This document shows, piece after piece, positions 31,002 to 42,726 of a DNA stretch of 64,000 nt. The position numbers and the translations under genes were made by a program. Origin of the DNA: Flavobacteriaceae bacterium (GTDB taxonomy: Bacteria > Pseudomonadota > Alphaproteobacteria > Rhizobiales > Tepidamorphaceae); assembly GCA_050249695.1 (NCBI GenBank), contig JBFWQA010000002.1, positions 449,842 through 513,841 of the forward strand, given 5' to 3'. Each line of letters begins with the position of its first letter. Positions within the stretch are counted from its first letter, which is position 1. The notes below the pieces were generated by a model. It searched no databases, was not told where the DNA came from, and worked only from the letters and a program-made list of their open reading frames with translations.

Positions 31002-31724
31002 CTACTGCGTGCCGCCTTCGGGGAAGATATTCTCGTTTATGTAGAAGAGTTTGGCCGAGACCTGCTCGCCCTCGACGATGTCGTAGAGCGCAACGGAGGT
31101 GACAAGACCTTGCGCGTCGCGCACCGACCATTGCAGCAGATCATAGGTGTTGGCGTCAAACACCAGCGTCAGCTGGCCGGGAATCTTGGTGTCCTTGTCT
31201 TCCATAAAGATCGACACCGTCTCCGGCCCGATATCGACGGCCAGGATGTTTGCTTCCTCGCGCAGGTCGATATTGTCCTTGAGCATCATGCCGAGCGGCG
31301 TCAGGCGCAGCGGATACTGATCCGTCGTTTTTGCCTTGCGGTCCTCGACCGCGACGCGGCGGCCATCGGAGACGATCAGCATGGGATGCGGCAGGTCGTA
31401 TTCGAAACGCATCTTGCCCGGCCGCTGGATGTAGACCCGTCCTTCCGAACGGCTTCCGTCCGGTCCGGTCTGCACGAAGGTGCCGTGCATGGTGCGGATC
31501 GAGTTGAGTTTCCGCTGGATGGAAGTGATCGCCGCCTCGCGGTCCTGGGGGGTTGCTTCGGGGGTCGTTTCACTGCGCTCCGGCGCGCTCGGCATGGGCG
31601 CGGTTGCCTGAACAGGCTGCGGCTGCGGCGCCTGCCCGGCGGTTTGCGCATCGGCGGTGCCCGCCGTCACGGCGATCCCGGCGGCGAAGCCCAGCAGGGC
31701 GGCGGTGATGCGGCGTACGGTCAT
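31002..31724 (-). CDS. lolA: Outer-membrane lipoprotein carrier protein LolA
   Basis: Within ORF 31002..31784. It has a signal peptide (ITAALLGFAAGIAVTAGTADA) and the LolA-like region GTFVQ...GRVYIQRPGKMRFEY. ATG 31724 is preceded by AGGAGA. Confidence 0.85.
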   Translation of the reverse strand: MTVRRITAALLGFAAGIAVTAGTADAQTAGQAPQPQPVQATAPMPSAPERSETTPEATPQDREAAITSIQRKLNSIRTMHGTFVQTGPDGSRSEGRVYIQRPGKMRFEYDLPHPMLIVSDGRRVAVEDRKAKTTDQYPLRLTPLGMMLKDNIDLREEANILAVDIGPETVSIFMEDKDTKIPGQLTLVFDANTYDLLQWSVRDAQGLVTSVALYDIVEGEQVSAKLFYINENIFPEGGTQ

Positions 31725-31787
31725 GATGCGTCCGTCTCCTGTCTTCATGGGCTGCATCGAAACGCGGCCGTGTGGCGAAATCACGAC

Positions 31788-34328
31788 CTAGTGGGCCGCA
31801 TCCTCGCCGACGAGAATTTCGCGGTGGCCCTTGCTGTTGGGCCGTGAAATCACGCCCTCCTCTTCCATCCGCTCGATCAGCGAGGCGGCGCGGTTGTAGC
31901 CGATGGAAAGGCGCCTCTGGACATAGCTGGTGGATGCCTTGCGGTCGCGCAAGACCACGGCGACGGCCTGGTCGTAGAGTTCGTTGCCGCCACCGCCGCC
32001 CGATCCGCCATCCATGGCGGCCAGCTCGTATCCGCCTTCGTCGGGCTCTTCGGTGATCGCCTCGAGATATTCCGGCGCCCCCTGCGCCTTCAGATGGGCG
32101 ACAACGTCCTCGACCTCTTCGTCGGAGACGAAAGGCCCGTGGACGCGGGTGATCCGGCCGCCGCCCATCATGTAGAGCATGTCGCCCTGGCCGAGCAGCT
32201 GTTCGGCGCCCTGCTCGCCGAGAATCGTACGGCTGTCGATCTTGGAGGTGACCTGGAAGCTGATGCGGGTCGGGAAGTTCGCCTTGATCGTGCCGGTGAT
32301 GACGTCGACGCTCGGGCGCTGTGTGGCCATGACCACGTGAATGCCGGCGGCGCGCGCCATCTGGGCGAGACGCTGCACCGCGCCTTCAATGTCCTTGCCG
32401 GCAACCATCATCAGATCGGCCATTTCGTCGATGATCACGACGATATAGGGCATCGGTTCCAGCGACATTTCCTCGGTTTCGTAGACCGGCTGGCCGGTTT
32501 CCGCGTCGAAGCCGGTCTGGATCTGGCGCATGAACGTCTCGCCGGCCCCACCCGCCTGCGCGACCTTCTGGTTGTAGCCGTCGATGTTGCGAACGCCGAC
32601 CTTCGACATCTTGCGGTAGCGGTCCTCCATCTCGCGCACCGTCCATTTGAGCGCGACGACGGCCTTGCGCGGGTCGGTCACGACCGGCGCGAGCAGGTGG
32701 GGAATGCCGTCATAGACCGAAAGTTCCAGCATTTTCGGGTCGACCATGATCAGCTTGCACTGGTCCGGATCGAGCCGGTAGAGGATGGAGAGGATCATCG
32801 TGTTGATGGCGACCGATTTGCCCGAACCGGTGGTGCCGGCGATCAGCAGATGCGGCATGCGGGCAAGATCGGCGATGACCGGCTCGCCGCCGATCGTCTT
32901 GCCCAGACAAAGCGGCAGCCGGCTCTTGTTCTTCTCGAAATCGACCGACGCCAGCAGTTCGCGGAGGTAGACGGTGTCGCGGTCGGCGTTGGGGAGTTCG
33001 ATGCCGATGGCGTTGCGGCCGGGGACGACCGCGACGCGGGCGGAGATCGCGCTCATAGAGCGGGCGATGTCGTCGGCAAGACCGATCACGCGCGAGGATT
33101 TCGTGCCCGGGGCCGGCTCCAGCTCATAGAGCGTCACCACCGGGCCGGGGCGCACATTGATGATCTCGCCGCGAACGCCGAAATCCTCAAGCACCGATTC
33201 CAGCAGGCGCGCATTCTGGTCCAGCGATTCCGGGCTGATCGTATGGCCGGCTTTCGCCGGGGCCTCGGCGAGCAGACGCAGCGGCGGCATCTCGTAGCCG
33301 CCACGGTCGAGAAGGCTCGGCTGTGCCTCGCTGCTGACGCGGTTGCCCTGTTTCAGGCGCGACTTGCTCGGATGAACCCGGCTCGCGCGCTGCGCTTCGG
33401 CGAGGCCCGCGGCCGACATCTTGTATCCCGACGCTTCCTCGGCCCAGTCATCGTCATCATAGGCGGCGTCCGTCTCGTCGTCGTCGTAGAGGGTGGCATC
33501 GGAGCGGGCATGGAACCCGGCGCGCAGATCATGCGCATAATCGTGATCGAAACCATCCCCGCGCGAAGAGAAGCGCCGCTTCACAAGGGCGTAGAAGCTG
33601 AGCGCGGCATGCATGGCGGCGCCGGAAAGGAAAGCGGCAGCGCGCCCCAGCCGGCCTTCCTGCGCCTCGTCATCGAGGTCGATATCCGGGCGCGGCGCGG
33701 CGCGGCGTTGCGGCGCGGGCTCCCCGGCATCGGTATCGGCGTCGCCGCGGCCGCGCAACATGCTCCAGTCGGCGCTGCGGGCAAGTGCGATCAGCGTTGC
33801 GGCGAAGGCAAACGCGCCGAGCACGACCGAAATCGCGATCTCGCCGGTGCGGCCCGCCAGCATGAAGGGGATCGCGGCAAGCCCGTCGCCGACGATGCCG
33901 CCAAGACCGGTCGGCAGCGGCCAGGCGCCGATGGCGGGAATGCAGGCGAAGACGAGTGCCCCGGTCAGCAGGGCTGCCAGCAGCCATCCGAGCCGGCGCA
34001 GCGGATGCGAGACGCCATGTCTGCGCAGCAGCGCGACGCCCCAGGCGAAGAGCGGCAGCGGCAACAGAATGACCGCCAGACCGAAAAGCTGGATCAGCAT
34101 GTCGGCGACGACCGATCCCGGCAGTCCGAGGAGATTGTGCGCCGGCTTGCCGGTCGCGTTGTTCAGGCTCGGATCGTCCACCGTCCAGGTCGCCAGGGCC
34201 GCGCAGAAGGCGAGAACGAAGAGGATCGTTATCGCGCCCGAAAGGCGGATGGCGAGGTTGCGCAGCATGCCGCGCGTGGCTGCGAGGAGCGTGCTGCCGG
34301 ACATCAATGTGGAAATGAGCTGTGTCAT
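31788..34328 (-). CDS. ftsK: DNA translocase FtsK
   Basis: ORF 31788..34328. It has N-terminal TM helices, a linker, Walker [10 protein letters not shown] and a gamma-domain C-terminus ([31 protein letters not shown]). Confidence 0.96.
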   Translation of the reverse strand: MTQLISTLMSGSTLLAATRGMLRNLAIRLSGAITILFVLAFCAALATWTVDDPSLNNATGKPAHNLLGLPGSVVADMLIQLFGLAVILLPLPLFAWGVALLRRHGVSHPLRRLGWLLAALLTGALVFACIPAIGAWPLPTGLGGIVGDGLAAIPFMLAGRTGEIAISVVLGAFAFAATLIALARSADWSMLRGRGDADTDAGEPAPQRRAAPRPDIDLDDEAQEGRLGRAAAFLSGAAMHAALSFYALVKRRFSSRGDGFDHDYAHDLRAGFHARSDATLYDDDETDAAYDDDDWAEEASGYKMSAAGLAEAQRASRVHPSKSRLKQGNRVSSEAQPSLLDRGGYEMPPLRLLAEAPAKAGHTISPESLDQNARLLESVLEDFGVRGEIINVRPGPVVTLYELEPAPGTKSSRVIGLADDIARSMSAISARVAVVPGRNAIGIELPNADRDTVYLRELLASVDFEKNKSRLPLCLGKTIGGEPVIADLARMPHLLIAGTTGSGKSVAINTMILSILYRLDPDQCKLIMVDPKMLELSVYDGIPHLLAPVVTDPRKAVVALKWTVREMEDRYRKMSKVGVRNIDGYNQKVAQAGGAGETFMRQIQTGFDAETGQPVYETEEMSLEPMPYIVVIIDEMADLMMVAGKDIEGAVQRLAQMARAAGIHVVMATQRPSVDVITGTIKANFPTRISFQVTSKIDSRTILGEQGAEQLLGQGDMLYMMGGGRITRVHGPFVSDEEVEDVVAHLKAQGAPEYLEAITEEPDEGGYELAAMDGGSGGGGGNELYDQAVAVVLRDRKASTSYVQRRLSIGYNRAASLIERMEEEGVISRPNSKGHREILVGEDAAH

Positions 34329-34346
34329 GGGCCTTGGCTCTTTGAG

Positions 34347-35543
34347 TCAGTTCAGAAGACGCGCCAGCCGGGTCAGCGCGGCCTGCGTGAGATCGAGTTC
34401 GTCGACAAGGGCGATGCGGACATAATCGTCGCCCGGATTGATGCCGTCGCGGCCGCGGCGGCCCAGATACGCGCCTGGAACGAAACGCAGGCCGACTTCC
34501 TGCCACGCCCTCAGGGTGAAATTCTCCCCGCCGCCGAGGGCGCCGACATCGAGCCAGAGGAAGAACCCGGCATCGGGACGCCGGTATCCCGCCCAGTGGC
34601 CGATGATCTGGTCCGCAAGATCGAATTTCGCGGCGTAAAGCCGGCGATTTTCCGCAACGTGGGATTCATCGCCATAGGCCGCGATGGCGGCGTTCTGCAG
34701 GGGAACGGACACTTGCGGTCCGCACAGATTGCGCATGCGGATCAGCGCCTTGATGAAGGCCGGATCGCCGGCGGCGAAGCCGCAGCGCAGGCCAGGGAGA
34801 TTGGAGCGCTTGGAGAGCGAATTGAAGACGCACACATGGCTGTAATTGCCGTCCTGCGACACGGCGAGCGCGCCGGCCGGCGGCTCGGAACGGTAAAGCT
34901 CCGAATAGCATTCGTCCGCGAACAGCAGGAAATCATGGCGGCGCGCGGTTTCGACGATCGCGCGCAGGCGCTCGGCGGAAGCGATCGTTCCGGCGGGATT
35001 GGAAGGCGAGGCGAAGAAGGCGAATACGGTGCGGTCGAGAAGGGCCGGCGGCAGGCCCTCTATATCGGGCAGGTGGTTGTTGCCCTCATGGGCGTCGAGC
35101 AGCAGCGGCGCGACTCCGGCGGCGACGATCCCCGCGCCGTAGGACTGGTAGAACGGGTTGGGCAGCAGCGCGACCGGATCCTTCTTTCCGCTCTCCAGTG
35201 CCGCGGTCACCGCGGCGAGGAAGAGCCCCTCGCGCGAGCCGGCAAGCGCGGTGATCTGCGTCTGCGGATCGAGATGGCGCAGCGCGAAGCGGCGGCAGGC
35301 CCAGTCGGCGACGGCCTGGCGGAAGGCGGGTGTGCCGGCGGCGGCGGGATAGGCGCCGAGCGGCTCGAGATCGGCCACCAGCGCCTGCGCCGCGAGCGCC
35401 GGAAAGCGGTGGTGGGGCTCGCCGACCGACAGGTTGATCGGGCTCATGCCCGAGGGAACGCCCTCCAGCAGCGCGGCGAGCCGCTGGAAAGGCGAATCGC
35501 CGATCAGCGTGCGGGCCAGCTCTTCGGGCAGAGGTTCGTGCAT
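34347..35543 (-). CDS. Class I/II pyridoxal-phosphate aminotransferase (DapC-like)
   Basis: Within ORF 34347..35594. INLSVGEPHH...NPFYQSY...SNPAG...SLSKRSNLPGLR has the PLP-Lys context SKR. The start is ATG 35543 or TTG 35594. Confidence 0.85.
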   Translation of the reverse strand: MHEPLPEELARTLIGDSPFQRLAALLEGVPSGMSPINLSVGEPHHRFPALAAQALVADLEPLGAYPAAAGTPAFRQAVADWACRRFALRHLDPQTQITALAGSREGLFLAAVTAALESGKKDPVALLPNPFYQSYGAGIVAAGVAPLLLDAHEGNNHLPDIEGLPPALLDRTVFAFFASPSNPAGTIASAERLRAIVETARRHDFLLFADECYSELYRSEPPAGALAVSQDGNYSHVCVFNSLSKRSNLPGLRCGFAAGDPAFIKALIRMRNLCGPQVSVPLQNAAIAAYGDESHVAENRRLYAAKFDLADQIIGHWAGYRRPDAGFFLWLDVGALGGGENFTLRAWQEVGLRFVPGAYLGRRGRDGINPGDDYVRIALVDELDLTQAALTRLARLLN

Positions 35544-35664
35544 TCCAACATCCGGCAAGGGCCGAAGGCGCGGCGTCGGCGCGTTCGGCAACAACGATCG
35601 CCGGTCAGACTATGGGGGATGCGGTTAAGGCCGCCTTAACCTTGTCGTCAGGGCGCTTGCGGCA

Positions 35665-35696
35665 GGAAGAAAGCCCGGCGGGAGGACCGCCGGGCT
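35665..35696 (-). terminator. Rho-independent terminator after amtB (distal copy)
   Basis: On the minus strand AGCCCGGCGG-TCCTC-CCGCCGGGCT is followed by TTCTTCC. Confidence 0.6.
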
Positions 35697-35725
35697 CTTG
35701 CATGTCCGCCGTTGCCGGCAGGAGG

Positions 35726-37066
35726 TCAGTTATAGGCCTTCTCGCCGTGCGAGGAGATGTCGAGGCCTTCGATCTCCTCCTGCTGCGTGACGCGGATCTT
35801 CATCACCAACTTGATGATGAGGAGCGCGACGACGGTGACGACGGCGGACCAGACGATCGCGACGCCGACGGCCGTCGCCTGCGTGACGAGCTGACCGCCG
35901 ATGGAGTATTCCTCGCCGCCGGGGCCGAAGCCGCTCAGCGAGGGCGCAGCGACGATCGCGGTGCCCAGGGCGCCGACGATGCCGCCGACGCCGTGAACGC
36001 CGAAGACGTCGAGCGAGTCGTCATATTTGAGCATCGGCTTCAGCGAGACGACCGCCCAGAGGCAGACGATGCCGGCAACCGCGCCGAGGACGATCGCCCC
36101 GACCGTGCCGGCAAGACCGGCCGCCGGGGTGATCGCGACGAGGCCGGCGATGGCGCCAGAGGCCGCGCCGAGGGCGGAGGCATGGCCGCGCGTGACGCGC
36201 TCGGCGAGCGACCACGCCAGCGCCGCGGCGGCGGTGGCGGTGATCGTGTTCAGGAACGCCTGGGCGGTGAGGCCGTTGGCCTCGAGGTTGGAGCCGGCGT
36301 TGAAGCCGAACCAGCCGACCCACAGGAGGCACGCGCCGATCATCGTGAACGGCAGGTTGTGGGGCGCCATGTTCTCCTTCATGAAACCAACGCGCGGGCC
36401 GAGGATCAGTGCGGCCACCAGACCGGCGATACCGGCGTTGATATGGACGACCGTGCCGCCGGCGAAATCAAGCGCGCCCATCTCGAAGAGATAGCCGCCG
36501 CCAGCCCAGACCATGTGGGCGATCGGCAGGTAGGCGAAGGTGAACCACAGGACGATGAACAGGATCACCGCGCCGAACCGCATTCTTTCGGCGATCGCGC
36601 CCACGATCAGCGCCGGGGTGATGGCGCCGAAGGTCAGCTGGAAGATGACGAAGGTGAGCTCGGGGATGACGACGCCTTCGGAGAAGGTAGCCGCCGTGGA
36701 ATCGGGTGTGACACCGGTCAGGAAAAGCTTGTCGAACCCGCCGAAGAAGGCGTTGGTGCCATCGCCGCCGAAAGCGACGCTGTAGCCATAGGCCACCCAC
36801 AGCAGGGCGATGACGCAGAAGCCGGCAAACACCTGCATCAGCACCGACAGCATGTTCTTGGAACGCACCAGGCCGCCATAGAAGAGGGCGAGCCCGGGGA
36901 TGGTCATCAGAATGACGAGCATGGTGCTGACCAGCATCCACGTCGTGTCGCCCTTGTCGGGCACTGGGGCTGCGCCTTCGGACGCCGCCTGGGCGAACGC
37001 CAGGGCCGGCAGGGCCAGCGTGCCGACCAACGCGGCCGCTGTCGTCTTGAGAGCTTGGTAACTCAT
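35726..37066 (-). CDS. amtB: Ammonium transporter AmtB (copy 1, signal peptide-bearing)
   Basis: Within ORF 35726..37087. It is Amt family (FAGGTVVHINAG...GVHGVGGIVG). ATG 37066 is preceded by GAGGAAAGGA. Confidence 0.93.
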   Translation of the reverse strand: MSYQALKTTAAALVGTLALPALAFAQAASEGAAPVPDKGDTTWMLVSTMLVILMTIPGLALFYGGLVRSKNMLSVLMQVFAGFCVIALLWVAYGYSVAFGGDGTNAFFGGFDKLFLTGVTPDSTAATFSEGVVIPELTFVIFQLTFGAITPALIVGAIAERMRFGAVILFIVLWFTFAYLPIAHMVWAGGGYLFEMGALDFAGGTVVHINAGIAGLVAALILGPRVGFMKENMAPHNLPFTMIGACLLWVGWFGFNAGSNLEANGLTAQAFLNTITATAAAALAWSLAERVTRGHASALGAASGAIAGLVAITPAAGLAGTVGAIVLGAVAGIVCLWAVVSLKPMLKYDDSLDVFGVHGVGGIVGALGTAIVAAPSLSGFGPGGEEYSIGGQLVTQATAVGVAIVWSAVVTVVALLIIKLVMKIRVTQQEEIEGLDISSHGEKAYN

Positions 37067-37086
37067 GGTACCGTCCTTTCCTCGCA

Positions 37087-37605
<519 letters not shown>

Positions 37606-38958
37606 TCACAGCCTCTGGCTGCCGACCCCGAATTCGGGGTAGGCCTCGACGCCGATCTCGGCCTTGTCGAGACCCATCATCTCCTCTTCCTCGCTCACGC
37701 GGATACCGACCGTGAGCTTGAGGATGAACCAGACGATCGCGCTGACGATCAGCGTGAACGCGCCGACCGACAAGATGCCGATGAGCTGCACGCCGTAGCT
37801 GGTGCCGTCGTTGGACAGCGGCACGATGAAGGTGCCCCAGATACCGGCCAGCAGATGGACCGGGATCGCGCCGACGACGTCGTCGATCTTCAGCTTGTCG
37901 AGCAGCGGCACCGCGAAGACCACGATTGCCGCGCCGACACCGCCGATGAGGATCGCGGCCGGGACAGACGGCATCAGCGGTTCGGCCGTGATCGCGACCA
38001 GACCGGCAAGCGCGCCGTTCAGCGCCATCGTCACATCGACCTTCTTGTAGATGATCTGCGTGAGGATCATGGCAACGACCACGCCGGAAGCGGCGGCGAG
38101 GTTGGTGTTGGCGAAGATCCGCGAGATGTCGGTCACGTCACCGATGGTGCCCATCGCGAGCTGGGATGCGCCGTTGAAGCCGAACCAGCCGAGCCACAGG
38201 ATGAAGGTGCCGAGCGTCGCCAGCGGCATCGACGAACCCGGGATCGGGTGAATCTCGCCGTTGGGCCCGAACTTGCCCTTGCGCGCGCCGAGGATCAGGG
38301 CGCCGGAGAGGGCCGCCCAGCCGCCGACCGAATGCACCAGGGTGGAGCCGGCGAAGTCGGAGAAGCCCATCTCCGACAGCCACCCGCCGCCCCACTGCCA
38401 GGAACCGGTGATCGGGTACATCAGACCCGTCAGAACGACGGTGAAGATCATGAACGGCCACAGTTTGATGCGCTCGGCAAGCGTGCCCGACACGACCGAG
38501 GCGGCCGTGGCGCAGAACACCATCTGATAGAACCAGTCGGATGCCGTCGAGTAGCCGGTATCCAACGCGTCGCCGCCCACCGCGTCGAAGACATAGGGGC
38601 CCCAGGAGCCGATAAAGCCGCCGTCGACATTCGTGTACATCAGGTTGTAGCCGGTCAGCCAGAAGAGCAGGCCCGCGACCGAGTACAGCGCAATGTTCTT
38701 CAGGCATTGCATGGAGACGTTCTTGGAGCGGACGAGACCGGCTTCGAGCATCGCGAAACCGGCCGCCATCCACATCACGAGGAAGCCGCCCAGAAGGAAC
38801 AGCAGCGTGTTGAATATGTAGGCCGTATCCGCGGATACCGCAGCCGCAGGTTCGGCCGCGGCCGCGGCCGCGTCCTGAGCCAGCGCGAGGCCGGCGGGGA
38901 GCGTGGCGGCGAGCGCGATGCCGCCGGTAAGGGTCATAAGGCGTTTAGCCATCGTCAT
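37606..38958 (-). CDS. amtB: Ammonium transporter AmtB (copy 2)
   Basis: Within ORF 37606..39060. It is Amt family (FAGSTLVHSVGG...). It has the signal peptide MTMAKRLMTLTGGIALAATLPAGLALA. ATG 38958 is preceded by AAGGA. Confidence 0.93.
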   Translation of the reverse strand: MTMAKRLMTLTGGIALAATLPAGLALAQDAAAAAAEPAAAVSADTAYIFNTLLFLLGGFLVMWMAAGFAMLEAGLVRSKNVSMQCLKNIALYSVAGLLFWLTGYNLMYTNVDGGFIGSWGPYVFDAVGGDALDTGYSTASDWFYQMVFCATAASVVSGTLAERIKLWPFMIFTVVLTGLMYPITGSWQWGGGWLSEMGFSDFAGSTLVHSVGGWAALSGALILGARKGKFGPNGEIHPIPGSSMPLATLGTFILWLGWFGFNGASQLAMGTIGDVTDISRIFANTNLAAASGVVVAMILTQIIYKKVDVTMALNGALAGLVAITAEPLMPSVPAAILIGGVGAAIVVFAVPLLDKLKIDDVVGAIPVHLLAGIWGTFIVPLSNDGTSYGVQLIGILSVGAFTLIVSAIVWFILKLTVGIRVSEEEEMMGLDKAEIGVEAYPEFGVGSQRL

Positions 38959-38983
38959 GATGTGATCCTTTCGATGGAATAGG

Positions 38984-39436
<453 letters not shown>

Positions 39437-39571
39437 CTCGCCGAAAAAAAGCCTCATTTCATTGAATCAGGGGCGTTTTTTCCTGAGTCTCAACAAGGGT
39501 TTGGTAAGCTTTCGCCAATCGCTTGCGCAAAAAGTAGGCAATTTGCAGAATTTGCCTAAAAGCGCGGCAAT

Positions 39572-40441
39572 TCATCTCGGCGTCTTGACGCGGAGCAGGC
39601 CTTCCTGCGCGACGGAAGCGATGAGCTGCCCCTCACGGGTGAAGAAATTCCCCCAGGAAAGGCCCCTGCCGCGACTGGCGTTGGGCGATGAGTGCGTGAA
39701 CAGGACCCAGTCGTTGAAGCTGAAGGGCCTGTGGAACCACATCGCATGGTCGAGGCTGGCGCCGAGGAAGTCGGGGTGGAGGATGCTCCATCCATGGGTG
39801 AGGAGCGACGTATCGAGCAAGGTGATGTCGGATGCATAGGCTAGCACGGCCTGATGGAGCAGCGGATCGTCCCGCAGCGCCGCCTTTGGCCGGAACCAGA
39901 TGTGCTGGGGCGGCGGCACTTCATGCGTGTCGGAGCGTGGCGGAAACGCGACAGGCCGGAATTCAATCAACGGCTCCTGATTCCAATAGTGCCGGAACGC
40001 CGCCGGGGCGTCGCTGAGATATCTTTCCTTTGCTTCGTCGCCGCCAAGCAGGCCTTCCGGAGAGGGCACGTCGGGCATCGCGATCTGATGGCTGAAGCCG
40101 TCCTCCACCGTCTGGAAGGAGGCGGCCATGGAAAAGATCGCGCGTTCGCCCTGCCTGGCCAGCACGCGGCGGGTGGAAAAGCTGCCGCCGTCGCGGATGC
40201 GCTCCACCTCATAGGAGATGAAAGGGAAATCGGGATCGCCGGCCAGGATGAAATAGAGATGCAGCGAATGCGGCGGCCGTCCCGGCGCCACGGTCTTGGA
40301 GGCGGCGTAGAGCGCCTGCGCCATCACCTGTCCGCCGAAGACGCGCGGCCAGCCGATATTCCAGTTGGGTCCGCGGAAGCTGTCCGGCGCGACTTCCTCA
40401 AGGTCGAAGATCGTCAGTCGATGTTCGGCGGCGCTCTGCAT
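39572..40441 (-). CDS. tesB: Acyl-CoA thioesterase II
   Basis: Within ORF 39572..40528. LEEVAPDSFRGPNWNIGWPRVFGGQVMAQALYAA resembles the TesB N-terminus. ATG 40441 is preceded by AGGAAG. Confidence 0.88.
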   Translation of the reverse strand: MQSAAEHRLTIFDLEEVAPDSFRGPNWNIGWPRVFGGQVMAQALYAASKTVAPGRPPHSLHLYFILAGDPDFPFISYEVERIRDGGSFSTRRVLARQGERAIFSMAASFQTVEDGFSHQIAMPDVPSPEGLLGGDEAKERYLSDAPAAFRHYWNQEPLIEFRPVAFPPRSDTHEVPPPQHIWFRPKAALRDDPLLHQAVLAYASDITLLDTSLLTHGWSILHPDFLGASLDHAMWFHRPFSFNDWVLFTHSSPNASRGRGLSWGNFFTREGQLIASVAQEGLLRVKTPR

Positions 40442-40544
40442 CGCGGGCTGCTTCCTGCTCTTTGCCTTATGGAGACTGTCCGCCATCCTGTTCGGCGGCG
40501 GTCTTTGGGTATAAGGTCGTTGCGGCACTCAAAATCGCCTTTCC

Positions 40545-41804
40545 TTGGCAGGTGAGAACGTGAACGGCAAGACCCGACAGCCAGCGCCCGACGGGCGCCA
40601 CCATGACATCGTGATCGCCGGCAGCGGCCTGACGGGCTCGATCCTGGCGGCCGCGCTGACGAAGGACGTCCGGCCACGGCTGAGGGTCGCCCTGTGCGGG
40701 CGGGCGGGGGCGGACCGCGACGATCCGAGGGCCTATGCGATCGCGCCCGGCGTGCGGCTGATGCTGGAGGTGCTCGGCATCTGGGAGAAGGTCGCGGCCG
40801 ATGCCGCGCCGGTCATGGAAATGCGGATTACCGATTCGCGTCTGGAGGACGTCGTGCGGCCGCTGTTTCTGTCTCTGGGCGAAGGCGCGAATGGCGATGC
40901 GCCGCTGGCCCATATCGTTCCCGCGGCGGCGCTCGCGGCGGCGACAGACAGCATCCTTGAGGGGTGCGCCGCGGAGCGCATCGACCCGGGTGTCTTCACC
41001 GGGGTGGAGACGGACGGCGGCAGCGCCCGGCTGGTCGGCAGCAAGGCGAGTATCGACGGCGGACTGATCGTCGGCGCGGACGGCGCGCGTTCGGTGGTGC
41101 GCGAAGCGGCCGGGATCAGGACGGTCGGCTGGGACTACGGCCAGAGCGGGGTCGTCGCGACGCTGCAGGCGGAAATCCCGCACGAGAACCGCGCGGTCCA
41201 GCATTTTCTGCCTGACGGGCCGTTCGCGCTGCTGCCGCTGCCGCAGAACCGCTATTCGCTGGTATGCAGCATGCCCGCTAAGAAGGCGGACGCGCTCGCC
41301 GCGCTCGGCCGGAAGATGCTAAAAGAGGAACTGGAGATGCGCGCGGGCGCGGAAATCGGGCCGCTGACGCCGCTGACGCCGGCGGTCGCGTTTCCGCTCG
41401 GGCTGCATCTGGCGCGCAGCTTCGTTGCCCCGCGCATCGCGCTCGCCGGCGATGCGGCGCACCGGATGCATCCGCTCGCCGGCCAGGGGCAGAACATGGG
41501 GCTGAGGGATGTCGCGGCGCTGGCCCAGGTGGTGCTGGAGGCGGCCCGGCTCGGGCAGGACCCCGGCGGACTTGACGTGCTGGAACGCTACCAGCGCTGG
41601 CGCCGGTTCGACACGGTGCAGTTCGCGGTGGTGACCGACGGGCTGAACCGGCTCTTTTCCAACGATATCGGGCTGGTCCGGGCGCTGCGCGACACGGGCC
41701 TTGGGCTTTTCGACCGGTTCTCCGGGCTGAAGCGCCGCGTCGCCCGCGACGCGGCGGGCCTGTCGGGCGACGTGCCGCGCCTGCTGCTCGGCCTGCCGGC
41801 CTGA
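40545..41804 (+). CDS. FAD-dependent monooxygenase, UbiH/UbiF/VisC/COQ6 family
   Basis: ORF 40545..41804. DIVIAGSGLTGSILA is the FAD motif, with ...LAGDAAHRMHPLAGQGQNMGLRD. The start is uncertain (TTG 40545 or GTG 40559). Confidence 0.88.
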   Translation: MAGENVNGKTRQPAPDGRHHDIVIAGSGLTGSILAAALTKDVRPRLRVALCGRAGADRDDPRAYAIAPGVRLMLEVLGIWEKVAADAAPVMEMRITDSRLEDVVRPLFLSLGEGANGDAPLAHIVPAAALAAATDSILEGCAAERIDPGVFTGVETDGGSARLVGSKASIDGGLIVGADGARSVVREAAGIRTVGWDYGQSGVVATLQAEIPHENRAVQHFLPDGPFALLPLPQNRYSLVCSMPAKKADALAALGRKMLKEELEMRAGAEIGPLTPLTPAVAFPLGLHLARSFVAPRIALAGDAAHRMHPLAGQGQNMGLRDVAALAQVVLEAARLGQDPGGLDVLERYQRWRRFDTVQFAVVTDGLNRLFSNDIGLVRALRDTGLGLFDRFSGLKRRVARDAAGLSGDVPRLLLGLPA

Positions 41805-41807
41805 CCC

Positions 41808-42014
41808 CTAATCTTCCAGCCGGCGGGCCTCTTCCGCCAGCATGATCGGAATGCCGTTGCGGATGGGGAAGGCGAGCCGCGCCGCGCGGCTGATCAGCTC
41901 CTGATTGGCGCGGTCATATTCGAGCACCGTCTTGGTGACGGGACAGACGAGAATCTCCAGAAGCTTGGGATCGATCGCGCCGTCGTCGCCCTTGTCCGCC
42001 GTCCTGTCGTTCAT
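41808..42014 (-). CDS. Trm112-family small protein (UPF0434)
   Basis: ORF 41808..42014. [16 protein letters not shown]...[11 protein letters not shown]. Confidence 0.85.
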   Translation of the reverse strand: MNDRTADKGDDGAIDPKLLEILVCPVTKTVLEYDRANQELISRAARLAFPIRNGIPIMLAEEARRLED

Positions 42015-42035
42015 GTCCGCAGGGTCCTTGTCAGC

Positions 42036-42698
42036 CTATTGCAGGTTTATCGCATCGTCGCCGATGGTCGCGCCGAGCTCGCGCTCGGTGAGCGCGATCA
42101 GCAGTTCGGCGCGCTTGGTGGTGTCCGCCGCTTCGAGCAGCGCCTGTTTCTCGCGCACGCCATATGGCGCCGCCATCGACAGGGAATTGACGAGGATCTC
42201 GTTGTCGGCGCGGTTGATCTCGTCCCAGTCTATGGTCAGGTCGTTGGCGGAAAGATAGGCCCGCAGCGCCTCCAGCACGCGTTCGCGGTTGAACATGCGT
42301 CCGCCCGCGTCGGCGGTGAAATCGCGCGCGAAGGGCTTTGCATCGATGCGGCACTGGCGGAAGGGCGTCGCCACTTCCATCTCCTCGACGATGCGGAACC
42401 GCGTGATCCCCGTCAGGGTGATCAGATAGCGTCCGTCGCCGGTTTCCATGAATGCCGTCAGCCGCCCGGCGCAACCGATCTGCTCCAGCGGCTCGGCAGA
42501 ACCCCTGGGGCCGGCGGCCGCCTCGTCGGGCTGGATCATGCCGATCAGCCGCTGCCCGGCCAGCGCATGGTCGATCATCGCCAGATAGCGCGGCTCGAAA
42601 ATATTCAGCGGCAGGTCGCCGCGCGGCAGCAGCAGCGCGCCGGCCAGCGGAAATACCGGCAGGATGGAGGGCAGCGATTCGGGTCCGGAATAATACAC
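42036..42698 (-). CDS. LON substrate-binding (N-terminal) domain protein
   Basis: ORF 42036..42698. LPVFPLAGALLLPRGDLPLNIFEPRYLAM is the LON-N pattern. Confidence 0.85.
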   Translation of the reverse strand: MYYSGPESLPSILPVFPLAGALLLPRGDLPLNIFEPRYLAMIDHALAGQRLIGMIQPDEAAAGPRGSAEPLEQIGCAGRLTAFMETGDGRYLITLTGITRFRIVEEMEVATPFRQCRIDAKPFARDFTADAGGRMFNRERVLEALRAYLSANDLTIDWDEINRADNEILVNSLSMAAPYGVREKQALLEAADTTKRAELLIALTERELGATIGDDAINLQ

Positions 42699-42726
42699 TT
42701 CAGGTGTCTTGCACCCCCTTCTGCAC

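Noticed and set aside
32094-35639. 1181-aa + strand ORF, the longest unexplained ORF in the track
   Set aside because: It lies exactly antisense to ftsK and the aminotransferase. Its composition is dominated by Arg/Ala/Gly/Asp with no recognisable motifs. This is a typical high-GC shadow frame opposite genes that have clear homology signatures.
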